Origin: Octopus vulgaris
Taxonomy: Eukaryota
Assembly: GCA_951406725.2 (NCBI GenBank)
Contig: OX597817.1
Coordinates: 95,356,001 to 95,420,000 of the forward strand
Direction of reading: 5' to 3'
DNA length: 64,000 bases
Each line of letters begins with the position of its first letter. The first letter of the stretch is position 1. The notes under the pieces were generated by a model. That model had not been told where the DNA came from. It worked only from the letters and a program-made list of their open reading frames with translations, and made no database searches. Below, piece after piece: positions 22,968-37,299 of the stretch. A program made the translations under genes and the position numbers.

Positions 22968-25254
22968 ATTAATTCAGGAATTTAATGGTGAGTTTGAAAT
23001 GATTAATTACACAGGGTGACGCCATTTAAAATGTTCATTTAAAAAAAAATAATAGATGATCAAATCAGGTCATTTTGACTTTAACAACAAGGGAGACTCT
23101 CAACCATCTACAACCTGTGCAAAAATTTGACTATATATATATTAAAATATGTAACATGGGAGTGAGATGTAATCTCTCAACTCATCTACGAAAGCAGCAA
23201 CAACCTATTTGGCCCAAACCAGTCTGGAAAGCATATATAAAATGATGATAGTGTAAATGTTTCTACAACAAAAAAAAAAAATGAATATGAGCACTCAATA
23301 CATTGTATATTGTCATTCTCATGGCAACAATCTCATCATCATCATCACCATAATCTTGCTCATCACCACAATTTGAACAGTCTTAGTAAAATAACTACTT
23401 TCTTTAATTATTAATCAGGTGTTTGGATCAACAAAATTATGAGATAAAGGTGAGAAGGTCAGTAGAGTGTCTATCTGCTTGTAACTATGTAGACACTTAA
23501 AATAATGAGTGAAAGCATGGTATACATTACTAAGTCATACTCGCTTGCAGGCAGTCACTATGACTTTTTTTTATCAGCTCATTTATATGCAATGAAGCAT
23601 TGATGTTTCATTGTATATTTGGACATAACAAGTAATTCTTCGTCGTCAAACTGTCCAACCCATGCCAGCATGAAACATATATGTTAAATGATGATGACTA
23701 CATGATGACACTTCATGTTATTGAAACATTGGGAATAGGAACTAGATCATCTAATGATGTTAACACGTGACAGAGTGGCTTCCTCTCCATGTAGCGAGGA
23801 AGATCTTAATTGATATGTTTCTCCTTTTAGCATTTAAACCAGCCATATCTGGCCCAAATATTCAACCTGTTTTATGTTCAAACCGGTCAGGCCTGGCCTC
23901 TTGCACCTATCATAGAAAGTCAATCTAAAAATAAGCAATCAGATCAATGAAACCTCAAGGCTACAGGTAATGCATGATTAATTCAAAGCAATGTGAATAA
24001 ACAATCAGACTGTTAAGGAGTTAAGATGAAACAAGAATTGAACACTGGTTTTTAACAGTGATATCAGAGATCTTTTAAATTGAATTACATCACTTTTAAT
24101 ATTAAAACAAACTACTGTAACAATGTGAAACAAAATAATTGCATTCTTATTTGAACCAAAATCCATCATTCTCAGTATCATAAATAAAGGTGTGCTGCCA
24201 GTCGCACCTCAGTGCTTACATGTTTGTCTTGTCTAATAAATGGAAGATTACTGAACATAAGACACTTGGGTCACTCAGCCAAGTTTCATCTGAGCAATAT
24301 ATGTGAAAGTTCTGGAAATTTGTGACCTTTTTGTATTTCAAATAATGTGCAAGTCTGAGAATAATATACATTGTTGGATACAGACATACAACTAAACTTA
24401 TATATTTTAGATTTTCTCAAAAAGTCTAACAATTGCTGACTAATACAACTAGCTTCTCTATTACTGCCTGTGTCTCTCCTCTCTTTTTGTTATTCTATCT
24501 ACAGATAGGTTTGTATGTGTAGTTCTTATATATACACATTCATACATTACCTCTTTTACTTGTTTCCGTTATTGAACTGTGGCCATGATGGGGCACCACC
24601 TTGAAAGGTTTAGTGAAACTAATTGCGCCCACTACATATTTTTAAGTTTGTTATTTATCAGTGTCGTTTGCTAAACCGTGAAGTTGCAAGAACATAAACA
24701 AAACAACACTAATTGTTAATTTGGGATAGGGTCAAACACAAAGACATTGTCTATGATGCTACTGGATCAACTAAAATATGTTACCCCCTACTATATTATT
24801 GAATAGTTTTTCTCCTGTTTGTTATACCAACTACACCCTCACACACACAAATACATTTTTTGTAAGGTGGTTGGTGTTAAATCCAGCACAGAAACTTATG
24901 TGGCAAAGAGAAAGTATGAACAAAATGTAGTCCTGCAACTCAGTTGGGAGTGGAAGTGGAGGTACTGACTCAGTTCTGCCCAACAGATGCCAGCATAGAA
25001 AAGTGAGGATAATGCGGATCATGAATATCATCATCATCATCATCATCATCATCATCGTTTAATGTCCGTTTTCCAAGCCTTTCAAGACATGTGTAATTAA
25101 GAGATTCCTTATTTAAAACACAGTCAGGTGTTAATGACAGGAAAGGCATCTGGTTGTAAAAGAATACTTCAATCATTTTTTCATTTAAAACATACTTGAC
25201 TCGAAAAACATGTGAATCAAACAAGACATATTCAAATACATACATGTATTTGAT

Positions 25255-25460
<206 letters not shown>

Positions 25461-25740
25461 TTAGTTAGTTAATTTTTGGGCTCAAAAAGCAAAAATATAT
25501 ATAATATTTATATATGTATAATATATGTATAATATATATGTATAATAAAATTATATATATATGATACGTATATATATTTGGGCACAGGAAAAAAATGTGT
25601 TAATGTCTGAGAGATTTTTTTGGTTGTAGAAAAGGCATTTAACTTCTATTTCTAGATTCAGTGCATGGCAAAGCAATTAGCTGACCCCTGATTATAATTA
25701 TGTTCATAATTATAGAAATTTTATATATATATATATATAT

Positions 25741-26730
25741 AGGGAGAATTCACAAAAAAAACAAAAGACGAAGTCGGGTGGTGTAGACAACAGATGTATT
25801 AGCTTAGCGCTCGGGAAGTGAAAAAGTCTTTAATATTTAGAGCCTACGTTCTTCCACAGAAAGAAATGGAGAGAAAATACAGTGTAGTGGCTAGCGATCT
25901 ATCATGGCGAATGCCGGACAAAGGGGTCACACAGGAGAGCTAGGAAGCAGGGGAGATAATAAAGTAGTGGTGATCCCAAAATGAAGGTGCACGTGCGTGT
26001 GTATATGAGAGCATATATGGGTGTGTGGATGATGGTGTGGGTACAGGGAAGTAGTCAGTGCTAGTGTGTGCATGGTGGTGTGGTGTGGTGGGAGAGGTGA
26101 GAGTGGGGAAAGCAAGGGTGGGGTGTGGGTTAGGCTGCCGTCGTTCACCCGCGACGTCACTTCCGCTGCTGTCTCTCTCGCCTGGCTCTTTCAAGGTAAT
26201 GGACGACACTCTTTTTCCTCCGCTCGTCGTCCACAAAAAATTCTGCGTTTGCAATACTTTTTTTCGTTCGGCGTCAACAGCCCTTCTTATCTTGTTTTCC
26301 TTGTCCTGTCTCATACTGTTTACAATTTGCATTGTCGTTACTGTCCTGTTGTTACTATTTTTTACCCCTCTGCGAAAAGATCTCAGAATTTTAATTGATT
26401 TGCTTTTCGCAGGAAGGAAAGTTTTCTTGTCGAAGATACGTCTCGCTTTTATCCTTCGAAACGTAAAGTAGATGAAAGCTTTAGCGACCGAAGAAGGGGT
26501 TTTTCCTTGTGTTAATTGTCCTGTATTCTATTTTTTTTCTGTTTTTAAATAAATGTCCAGTTCCTTTGTTTTGTGTCTATGTTTTCGCTTCTCATTGTGT
26601 TCGACGTCTTTTTTGGTATCCCGTACCCATATATGCGTGTATATGTACATGTAGAGGTAGGTACGTACATATATGTTTATATATATGCATATGTTTTATT
26701 TTATTTATTAATATATTATATATATATATA
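25741..26730. mobile_element. Composite of Penelope pLTR-like non-coding segments between (TA)n tracts
   Basis: 25741-25915 is an inverted homologue of the pLTR at 11060-11275, with a decayed hammerhead at 25827-25864. About 26330-26730 is an inverted homologue of 48780-49150. Confidence 0.7.
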
Positions 26731-26734
26731 TGTA

Positions 26735-26922
26735 GGCATGTAAAAAACAAAAATTGGAAAAACAACAAAATTCAAAAGGATGTACACAGCGAATATATGA
26801 GATTGATGCTCAGAGAAAGTAAGATGGAAACAAGATGGGGGTGTGACATTTCAAGCATGGTTCTTTGTCAGAAAGGAAAGCGGAAAATGACTGGAGAGAA
26901 GGAAAAGGATAGTCCGAGAAAA

Positions 26923-26925
<3 letters not shown>
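26735..26925 (-). mobile_element. Short pLTR-like piece with a decayed hammerhead
   Basis: Minus strand 26871-26845 reads CTGACAA-A-GAAC cat GCTT-GAAA-TG-TC. It is flanked by (TA)n. Confidence 0.45.
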
Positions 26926-26972
<47 letters not shown>

Positions 26973-28369
26973 AATTATTTTCTTGTTAATTAATGATTCC
27001 TATTTAAGAAACACACAAAAGCCGTTCGATTCACTTCAACATTTAAGTTTAATTTGTCAAAATATTACATGTCTTAAAAAAGAAACAAAAATCTCATTGT
27101 TTTGGGCGAATGATTCAACCATTATGAAACCAAAGATTTTTTACCGTTGTCTCTGAAGGCAGCTGTGCACCTCACCAACCCACCCATCCCACTTTACATG
27201 GCACATTCACTTGCATTCTTTTATTTATTCTGATCTCCCACCCAAAGAATATTTATCCTAATAATTTCCATGACTTTTGTTTCGGGTGAACTTCTTTAAA
27301 AAATGTTTTGAAACCTAGAATTGTTTCTTCTTTTATTAATTTCAGTCAGTGTGCTATGACCATGCTCAGGCACTGTCTTTGGGTGTCTTTCATTGACCCT
27401 ATCAATATTAGAGCTAATTGCAAACATAGGCAGGGTCCCATTTTAATGATGCCTGTTCATTGGACGTAACCTTTGATAGCCTAGTATACTAGAGCAGTAA
27501 ACATGTAAATGAACACACACACATACACACAAACACATCTTGCGGGCTTCTTCATAGAATCATTCTCCCAATTTGACTCACATGACATTGATCAACCTAA
27601 GACTACAGTAGAAGACACTTACCCAATATACCACACAGCAGAATTGAACCCAGAGACCCATGGGTGTGAAGCAAATTTTTCAACCACAAAGCTATCCTTT
27701 ATATATATTTTTATCAAAATTCTTTTGTTTAAAAGAAAAAGATCAAAGCCTTTTAATTTTTTCTTCTTTAATATGAAAATGTCCTGCGTAAGTTATCTGG
27801 CGTTAATATTGACTGGGGTTGGAAGTTTCTGGTACAAGAAAATTGAAGGGGATAAGTTCAGCTAGGAATATTATCTTTGTCACATATTCTACTGGAACTT
27901 GTAAATTATAACATGTTTCATGTACTAACAAAATTTGTAAATAATTTCAATATTCATTTCATCCAGTATTGTTTAAAGCAGTGATTCCCAATGTGGTCCC
28001 TGGAAGCCACCAGTGGTCCCCAGAGAATTCGTAGCCGTAAAAAATTGAAGCCATTTCAGATCTACACAATATTGTTCGATAATAAAGACACTGTTAGTTA
28101 ATAATAATTTATATGAAGACAGAATAATAATAAGAAAACAAAATTAAATAATTATTCCATAAGAATCAATAATGTATAATATATAATCAATAATATATTA
28201 CAATCAAGAATTACATAATTTAAATTTTATAATCACAACAGTTTCATAATAAATTTGATATTTTTAATAGATCACTACATAATATTGTTTAATAATAAAT
28301 TTGATACTTTAAATTTATAGAAATAAAATATTTATTATTTTAATTTTTTTTAAGATCAGTTGTAATAAT

Positions 28370-31115
28370 AGGGACAACCTGTTGAGAGCCACTGACCAGA
28401 TCTGTGGCTGGTGCAAAGTCCCCTCTCGACCTAGAATAACGTGGTGGTGGAACAATATTGTAGACAGGGCTATTAGAGAAAAGAGACAGGCTTGGAAGGT
28501 CTGGAAAAATGGGGGTAGCAGGGAATTGTATCAGACTGCCAAAAGAGAAGCTAGGAGACAGGTTTATTTAGCCAGAGGGGAAGCAGATAAGAAAAAATTT
28601 GCCAATGTTCTGCGCCGTGAGGACCAAAGACTGGAGGTGTTTCGCGTTGCAAGACAGTGTGTGAGAGAGAATCGTGATGTGGTAGGAGAGAAGTGTGTTC
28701 ACATGGAAGATGGTTCACTTGCGCTAAATGAGGATGCAAAGAGAGAGGTTTGGAGATGCCACTATGAAAGGTTGCTGAATAAAGAAAATGAATGGGATAA
28801 AGAGAGTCTGCCGAATGTTGACCCAACAGAGGGACCAGCTATCCGAGTTGATAGTTCCGTGGTAGCTAAGGCAATTAGAAGCATGAAGACAGGGAAAGCC
28901 CCAGGCCCATCAGGAATCACTGCAGAGATGCTCAAAATGTCTGGTAGTGTCGGCTATAGCCTAGTCACCCGTATAGTTAATCAGGTGATACACAAAGGAG
29001 TCATACCCAATGACTGGTGTAGCAGCATAAGAGTCAACTGCTACAAAGGTAAAGGTGACGCCCTAGATACAAATAACTACAGAGGTATCAAGCTGTTGGA
29101 TCAGGTGATGAAGGTTACGGAGAGGGTCATAGCCCAACTAATTAGAGAGAGAGTTAGTTTAGATGAGATGCAGTTTGGGTTTGTGCCAGGGAAAAGTACT
29201 ACTGATGCTATATTCCTGGTAAGGCAGCTGCAGGAGAAATACCTAGCCAAAGATAAGCCCCTGTACCTGGCTTTTGTTGACATGGAGAAAGCCTTCGACA
29301 GGGTCCCCCGATCCCTTATCTGGTGGGCAATGAGGAAACTAGGGATAGATGAATGGTTAGTGAGAGCTGTGCGGGCCATGTATAGGGACGCTGCTAGTAG
29401 GGTGAGGGTTGGCAATGAGTACAGTGAAGAATTCCGGGTAGAGGTAGGGGTCCACCAAGGCTCAGTACTCAGCCCCCTCCTATTTATCATAGTCCTCCAG
29501 GCAATAACGGAGGAATTCAAGACAGGATGCCCTTGGGAGCTCCTCTATGCTGATGACCTTGCTCTAATTGCTGAGTCGCTATCAGAACTGGAGGAGAAGT
29601 TTCAGGTGTGGAAACAAGGATTAGAATCGAAGGGCCTCAGAGTCAACCTAGCTAAAACCAAAGTCGTAATCAGTAGGAAGGTAGACAAATCACAAACGCC
29701 TTCAGGTAGATGGCCCTGCTCGATCTGTAGAAAAGATGTAGGTAGAAACTCTATAAGATGCACCATGTGTAAGCTATGGACACATAAGAGGTGCAGCAAT
29801 GTCAAAGGAAGGCTAACTAGGAAGATGGTTTTTGTATGTGGCAGATGCTCAGGAAAAAAAAACACTGAAAATGCTCTGAGACCAACTTCCGTCACTTTCC
29901 AGGGAGAAAAACTAGAAATAGTTGATAGTTTCCGTTACCTAGGTGACCAAGTCAGCAGCGGGGGCGGGTGTGCTGAAAGTGTAACTGCTAGAGTAAGAAT
30001 AGCTTGGGCAAAGTTCAGAGAGCTCTTACCTCTGCTGGTGACAAAAGGCCTCTCGCACAGAGTGAAAGGCAGACTGTATGATGCGTGTGTACGAACAGCC
30101 TTGCTACATGGCAGTGAAACATGGGCCGTGACTGCTGAGGATATGCGTAAGCTCGCAAGAAATGAAGCCAGTATGCTCCGATGGATGTGTAATGTCAGTA
30201 CTCATACTCGGCAGAGTGTAAGTACCTTGAGAGAAAAGCTGGACCTAAGAAGCATCAGTTGTGGTGTGCAAGAGAGACGTTTGCGCTGGTATGGTCATGT
30301 GGCGAGAATGGATGAAGATAGTTGTGTGAAAAAGTGCCACACCCTAGCGGTTGAGGGAACCTGTGGAAGAGGCAGACCCAGGAAAACCTGGGACGAGGTG
30401 GTGAAGCACGACCTTCGAACTTTAGGTCTCACTGAGGAAATGACTAGAGACCGAGACCTCTGAAAGTGTGCTGTGCGCGAGAAGACCCGGCAGGACAAGT
30501 GAGTCCATAACCCGTGGCCTTCTACATGGGATGGAGCCAGCCTACGTATGCATACCTTCCCTTCTTGGGACACAAAACTCTACTTGTGAAGACCTGTTGA
30601 GGCAAGTGAGGATCAGAATCGAAATCGATCAATGGAAATTGCAGATGTGTTACCAGTGCCGGTGGCATGTCGAAACTCTACTTGTGAAGACCCGTTGAGG
30701 CAAGTGAGGATCAGAATCGAAATCGATCAATGGAAATCGATCAATGGAAATTGCAGATGTGTTACCAGTGCCGGTGGCATGTAAGAGAACCTGCCGTTTC
30801 GCGACCGTTGCCAGCACCGCCCCGTTTCGTGTCCGTTGCCAGCCTCGCCTGGCCCTCGTGCCGGTGGCACATAAAAAGCACCATCCGTTCGTGGCCGTTT
30901 GCCAGCTCTGTCTGGCACCTGTGCGGGTGGCACGTAAAAAGCACCCACTACACTCACGGAGTGGTTGGCGTTAGGAAGGGCATCCAGCCGTAGAAACACT
31001 GCCAGATTTGACTGGGCCTGATGAAGCCTTCTGGCTTCACAGACCCAGTAGAACCGTCCAACCCATGCTAGCATGGAAAACGGACGCTAAACGATGATGA
31101 TGATGATGATGATGA
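28370..31115 (+). mobile_element. 5'-truncated RTE LINE with 3' UTR repeats and (GAT)n tail
   Basis: Contains an RT ORF, a tandem duplication of about 98 bp at 30575-30781, and a GAT tail at 31093-31115. Confidence 0.9.
28382..30463 (+). CDS. RTE reverse transcriptase (693 aa open frame, endonuclease missing) with internal PHD finger
   Basis: KAPGPSG, NYRGIKLL, QFGF, AFVDMEKAFD, GVHQGSVLSP, YADD, FRYLG and RRLRWYGHV. A C4HC3 motif lies at 29711-29848. Confidence 0.9.
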   Translation: MRATDQICGWCKVPSRPRITWWWNNIVDRAIREKRQAWKVWKNGGSRELYQTAKREARRQVYLARGEADKKKFANVLRREDQRLEVFRVARQCVRENRDVVGEKCVHMEDGSLALNEDAKREVWRCHYERLLNKENEWDKESLPNVDPTEGPAIRVDSSVVAKAIRSMKTGKAPGPSGITAEMLKMSGSVGYSLVTRIVNQVIHKGVIPNDWCSSIRVNCYKGKGDALDTNNYRGIKLLDQVMKVTERVIAQLIRERVSLDEMQFGFVPGKSTTDAIFLVRQLQEKYLAKDKPLYLAFVDMEKAFDRVPRSLIWWAMRKLGIDEWLVRAVRAMYRDAASRVRVGNEYSEEFRVEVGVHQGSVLSPLLFIIVLQAITEEFKTGCPWELLYADDLALIAESLSELEEKFQVWKQGLESKGLRVNLAKTKVVISRKVDKSQTPSGRWPCSICRKDVGRNSIRCTMCKLWTHKRCSNVKGRLTRKMVFVCGRCSGKKNTENALRPTSVTFQGEKLEIVDSFRYLGDQVSSGGGCAESVTARVRIAWAKFRELLPLLVTKGLSHRVKGRLYDACVRTALLHGSETWAVTAEDMRKLARNEASMLRWMCNVSTHTRQSVSTLREKLDLRSISCGVQERRLRWYGHVARMDEDSCVKKCHTLAVEGTCGRGRPRKTWDEVVKHDLRTLGLTEEMTRDRDL

Positions 31116-32819
31116 ACTAACTGCTAAAAAGGCAAAACTGAAGAAATACAAAGAAGATTTTATCGTGTTTGGTTTTGTATCTGTAGACTCAAAACCTATG
31201 TATCTTGAATGTAATGCCAAGTTAAGCTGGAGCAGCACCAGAAATTAAGGCATCCATCATCTGTTGGTAAAGGTCGGGAATATTTTGAGAATAAAAAGAA
31301 AATACAGCTAATCAAACTACCTGACTTTGTAAAGAAGATAAATATTGAAAAAGTAAAGACACTCAAACCAAGTTATTTGGTTTCTGAAATTATTGCCAAG
31401 GTTGCAGCACCTCAAATTTAAGGTGAGAAACTTGTCAAGCCTGCTATGATAGCTTGTGCAAATGAGGTTCTAGGAAAAGATGCTGCATCTACTCTGAGTA
31501 CAATTCCACTTTCAAATAACACAATTACAAGAAGACAGGATGAAATTTTGTTGAGGAGAAGATTGTGGAAATTCTCCAAACGACAAATTTTTCTATCCAG
31601 GTTGATGATAGCACAATTCATAACCAAGTTATCCTTCTGGTCTATGTCAGATTCATCCATAAAGATGATATAAGGGAAGAAATGTTATTCATTAAAAGTT
31701 TTTTCTGAAACAAGTAATGGAGAAGATATATTCAATGAAGTAATGCAGTATTTTAATGATAAAAATATTCCATTGACTAATTTGATCAACACTGCATCAG
31801 ATGGAGCTGCAGCCATGACTGGAAAAGTGAGAGGCTTTGTTTCTAGAATGAAATCAGTTGCTCTTCACATTTTTAATATACGTTGCATTATCCACAGACA
31901 GCATGCAGTTGCTAAGAATATTGGAGGACACATGGAAAACGCACTCAACACTTCCATACATACAAATAACATTGTCAAATCAAACTCTGTGAATAATAGA
32001 TTTTTTATGCAATTCTGTGAAGATGAAGATTTTAAAACCCTACTGCTTCACACAGAAGTAAGATGGGTCAAAAGGCCTGAGCCTTGAAAGACTACTGAAT
32101 TTGTGGGAGCCATTAATCCACTTTTTCATGTTCAAGAGTCAGATGACTCATTACAACTCCAAGACAAGCTGATACAGCTAAGAAAATTTTGGAAAGACTT
32201 TCTGAGTTTAAAAAAAATATTCTACTTGAGTGATATTTTTAAAACAGTGAATCTGCTTAACTGCAAGGTAGAAAATCAGATTTGGTCACCTGTATACTGC
32301 TAGTATACATATATACTAGCAGTAAAACCCATTGTTGATCAGGTAATTACTTTGACTGTTTATTGAGAGCCACATTTAAAGTATTATATGTATAATTTAC
32401 TTCTCCTGTATGTGTGTATTTTTATAAGAGAAAACCATGTAATTGAAGTAGAAGAAAGATTAATATCATACATGAACTTGTGTTTGTTTCTGATAGCTAA
32501 GGCTGTGATAGACAGCTAATGCGTGCATGAATGCGATGCAATCTCTGCCCAGTATGCCGAAGTGAAGAATGCATTAAGTAAATAAAAAGCAAGCGATTAT
32601 TAGAGAGCAATAGCCGCCTTAGCCGCGTGCATAAACGCGATGCGTCCGTGTGTTACGTACGCTACCGGACACACACTTGCGGGTGATGTCGCCGCCGAGA
32701 TGACAGCTTTTCGATCGATCGCACCGCTTGTCGCCAGCCCCCAACTCTTTGCTCGCTCCAAACGCTATTGCTCTCTACTACAAGTCACTTGCCTGCATCC
32801 AACTTTAATACTAATATAA

Positions 32820-32855
32820 TCATCATCATCGTCGTCGTCGTCGTCGTCGTCGTCG

Positions 32856-32893
<38 letters not shown>

Positions 32894-34695
32894 GATTAAC
32901 GTCCGTTTTCCATGATGGCATTGGTTTGACAGTTTGACTGAAATCTTGGAGAGCCAGCTGCTGCAACAGGCTCCAATCTAGTCTAGCATAATTTCTACAG
33001 CTAAATGCCCTTCCTAACGCCAACTATTCTGAGAGTGTAGTGGGTGTTCTTTATGTCCCATTGGCACAGGAGCCAGCTAGCGGATCACCGGCCCCCAGCT
33101 ACGGTATTGGTTTTACTTGACTCAAGCATACTGCAAACTTATGCATGTCCTCGGCATTCATGGTCAGATTTGGTTTTGGCTAGGTTAACCCTAAGGCCAT
33201 TCAATTCTAGACTTTGCTTCCACGCCCTAACATTTGGGTCCAGTTCCGGCAGTGACTCTGCTATTAGTGCAAGGTCATCAGCATAGAGGAGCAGCCTGTC
33301 TTGAATTCCTCTGTTATTGCCTGGAGGACTATAATGAATAAGAGGGGGCTGAGGACTGATCTTAGGTTGACCCTTACCCCTACCCGATATTCTTCACTGT
33401 ACTCGTTGCCAACACTCACCTTACTGTACATGGCTTGTACAGCTCTCAATAAACATTCATCCATCCCTAGTCTCCTCATTGACCACCAGATAGGGGATCG
33501 GGGGACCCTGTCGATGAAAGCCAGGTACAGAGTTTTATCTTGGACTAGTTATTTCTCTTGCACCTGTCTTATCAGAAATATAGCATCAGTGGTGCTTTCC
33601 CCTGGCACGAACCGAAACTGCATCTCATCTAGACTGCCTCTCTCCCTAATTACTTGGGCTATGACCCTCTCCGTGACCTTCATTACCTGATCCAACAACT
33701 TGATACCTCTGTAATTATTTGTATCTAATGCATCACCTTTACCTTTGTTAGCAGTTGACTATGGTGCTGCTACACCAGTCATTGGGTATGACTCCTTCAT
33801 GTATCACCTGATTGACTAGGCTATAGCCGACACCGCCAGATATTTTGAGTATCTCTGTGGTGATTCCTGATTGTCCAGGGGCTTTCCCTGTCTTCATACC
33901 CTTAATTGCTTTACCTACCAAGGCACTGTCAATTTAGATAGATAGCTGGTCCCTCTGTTGGGCCGGCATTCGGCAGACTTTCTTTCTCCATTCATTCACT
34001 TTATTTAGCAAACTTTCATAATGGTGTCTCCAAACCTGTCTCTTTGCAGCTTCGTTTAAAGCAAGTGAACCGTCACCCATGAGGACACATTTCTCTCCTT
34101 GGACATCGCGATTCTCTCTCACACACTGTCTGGCAACAGGAAAATACTTCAAGTCTTTGGTCATCACGGCGCAGAACATTGGCAAATTTTTCCTTATCTG
34201 CTTCCCGTCTGACCAAATAAACCTATCTCCTAGCTTCCCTTTTGGCAGTCTGATATAATTCCCTGCTATCACCGGTCTTCCAGTCCTTCAAAGCCTGTTT
34301 CTTTTCCTTACTAGCCCTGTCAACAACATTGTTCCACCACCACGTTACCTTGGGTTGAGAGGAAACTTTGCACCATCCACAGAGCTGGTCACTAGCCCTC
34401 AAAAGGTTGTCCTGCAGACACCTCCAGTTGTCTTCCACAGCTTTGAGTAATATGTCTCTCAATCTCTTTTTGCAGGATCCTTAAGCTTCCAGACCCTTCT
34501 CCTCCATTCTGGTCGTCTCCTGGGCATCCATTTAGCCCTGATCCTGAAGTCGCTAACTACTAATCTATGTTGTGGGGTACATTCTTCACTTGGGAAGGTT
34601 TGGGCATTTACAAGTAGTCGTCTTTCCTGTTTCCTAGTGAGGATGTAGTCAATTTGACTAGTATGTCTACCAGATTGGTAGGCGACTAAATGGCC
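32820..34695 (-). mobile_element. Older, deleted copy of the same RTE family in inverted orientation
   Basis: LCGWCKV..TWWWNN and SVLSPLLFIIVLQAITEEFKTGC with frameshifts. It jumps from NLAKT to the 3' UTR and has a (CAT/CGT)n tail at 32820-32893. Confidence 0.9.
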
Positions 34696-35184
34696 CTGAA
34701 TATGCTAATCGATTACCATTTAGTCATTATGATACTTCTACAATTGAAGATAATTTTGATAAATAATGAATTTATGTATTGTGGCATTTGATACTTGTCA
34801 ATTGTCTACATTGTTCACATAAATGCCAGTACCAGGCAGAGGTGGTTTCCAGCAGTAAGAGAAGCTTAAGAATAAATAAATGGAAATTTGTCGGCAGAAC
34901 AAAGTTAGTAACCTTACACTCTCAGTGTTGTGATAAGAGTCAAGGTACCCTCTTGTGAAGAATGGACTGAACCGAGAGAGTGTATATAGTTTGTGTTATT
35001 TCATAGTGAAGTTCGAGAGTGTGGGTTGGTTTGTTCATTTGGAATATTTGTTGGTTCTTGAGAGATAGTTACGTTGTTATTGCTGCTGCATTATCTTATT
35101 TTATCACACTGGTACCACATATTTTAGGCCATTATCGCAATAGTGGTGGTACTACTATATTGGATACAAACCATGTTACAGCAT

Positions 35185-35410
35185 CTGGCGACAAAAGGCT
35201 CGAAGATCACGTAGCGTGTAATTCACCTGCAAACTAAGCATTAAATTCTTTCTTACCAGATTGTCAGCCTTCTGAAATTCCCTTGTCCATGTTATTTCCT
35301 CTGCAGCCATCCACACATTTTATTCAAGATCAACTACGTCAATCTTACCAGTTTTGAAGGCACAGCTCTTGCCTTTTGTCTCAGAAGGAAGGCAAAAGGC
35401 AAAGATCCAT
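35185..35410 (+). pseudogene. Gypsy-like PBS/gag remnant, inverted copy of 21905-22102
   Basis: Near-identical reverse complement. TGGCGAC at about 35186 could be a primer-binding site. Confidence 0.4.
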
Positions 35411-37299
35411 TCCTACAATTTAAAATTTTTTTGTTTTCGCTTGTTGCTGATATTAGCCGAATAAATAGAATATTTTATGAAAGTTAACTAACCATGAACA
35501 ACTTCAATGAAACTGAGAAAACAAGTTTCAAAGTTTTATTGGGTACCGTTGGAGGTTGGTGAATTTTTTCTTTTCTCAGAGAGGAAGCAATTACCCCCAC
35601 CGCTTCCAGACCATTGCTGAATGCTTCAGGTTTTACTTTTATATGACTAATTAAAGGTGCTCTAGTTCGGTGTTTATCTTCCGAATTTTAAGTTTAAAAC
35701 TTCGGTTTAAATTTCGACTTCTACACCCACTCCCTCACCGTGGTCACTTAACCAGCAAGAAATAGCAATCATATATGCTTCAAAATCCACCGTCCCATAT
35801 AACAAAGTCCTAAACAGACAGAATAACAATAAAAATACGGCGGACTTTCGAAATAGCTGTCGAGAATAAAATGAAATTTCGATGGTAAATTTTTGGAGGG
35901 GTTTCGGTAATTTTCGTCACTTTAAAATACATGTAATTCGCATTAAATCTTATTTTTCTGAAAAATCCACGTTTTAAAACATTTTAACTGCCCACCACTT
36001 CATCGTGCCTTTGGAGTAGGTGTCACACTTGGGATGGTCAAACCTAGAATACCTTTCATCATAGGTAATTGCTTGGAGTTCACCTTGAGAGCTAAAACTA
36101 TATATTTAGTTTCGATATAAAAAATAAAATTGCACAAAATTTTGGCACAAGACCAACAATTTGGGAGGAGGGGTTAATCGATTACATTGACTGGTACTTA
36201 ATTGATCATGAAAGGTAAAGTCGACGACGACGGTAACGTGAAGAGTCGGAAGAAATGCCACAAGGTATTTTGTCCGACGCACGAACGATTCTGCCAGCTT
36301 GCCCCACCCCCTTCCTTAATAATATTTCTTTCCCCAGTAAGTACAAGGCCTGAAGCTGATGGGAAGAACTAGTCGATTATATTCAACTAGTACTTATTCT
36401 ATAAGCGCCACCCGAAAGAAGGAAAGCTCAGCAATATTCGAACACGGAACGTAAAGATTCGTAAGAAATGACGCTAGGCATTTTATCCGATGCACTACCG
36501 ATTCTGCCAGCTTTACATTATATTTTTTCGTCAAAGTTTAACTATGTCACCCTGATGATATATTTTTACACGTGGACAAATAATAGAGAGATAATGTGGA
36601 TCAGATGATATTACATGCTGACAAAGGCTTGGTAAAGGACTGTTAGAATGTTTAGGGATATGGTCCTATACGTTCGGGTTTCAATCCTCACCAGAATTCA
36701 AAACAAGCCGTCTGTTTTTCCACGGTCGAGAAAATACATCGATCAAGTATTGGAGATCGATATAAATGATTATACCCTCCACTCACCTCAAAATATATGC
36801 TTTGTGTCTATAATCAATATTACAAATATATTGTTATTGCTATTTAACTCAGGTCATCCTGATAAACCCGGTTGAGGATCAAAAGGTTCCAACTATGACC
36901 AACCCGTATTTTTGTGCCCCACCTTTTTTCAGATATAGCATCTATGATTATATTAGCCAATGTACCCTTCCTTTAATCCAGTAGTATATGGTTCTAACGG
37001 GATTTGGGTGTTATTCCTAGCACATCGACGAGCGAAAACGCAGAGGGGCCCTGATTATGTGCGAGTATGCGTATGGATGGGTACGTGTGTGTGTATGTGG
37101 GTGCATACAAGCCAAATAACCGGTTCAAGGCGTGTGTCAAACTGAAGAATCAAAGCGTGCGCACAAGTTTATAGTAAATATATACATTGTATAGAGAAAA
37201 CACCCGAAGCCTATACAAAAACACTGAATATGTGTTTATTATTCATCCAAAGTAAACAGTACGTGTGTAGGCACGTTTGTTGTGCACATATATATTTAT

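Larger units (their letters stand above)
27979..32300 (+). mobile_element. hAT (Charlie/Buster-type) element interrupted by an RTE LINE
   Basis: TIR CAGTGATTCCCAA at 27979. Transposase remnants at 31120-32300 include IPLSNNTITRR, SDGAAAMTGK, CIIHRQ and LLLHTEVRW. Confidence 0.75.
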
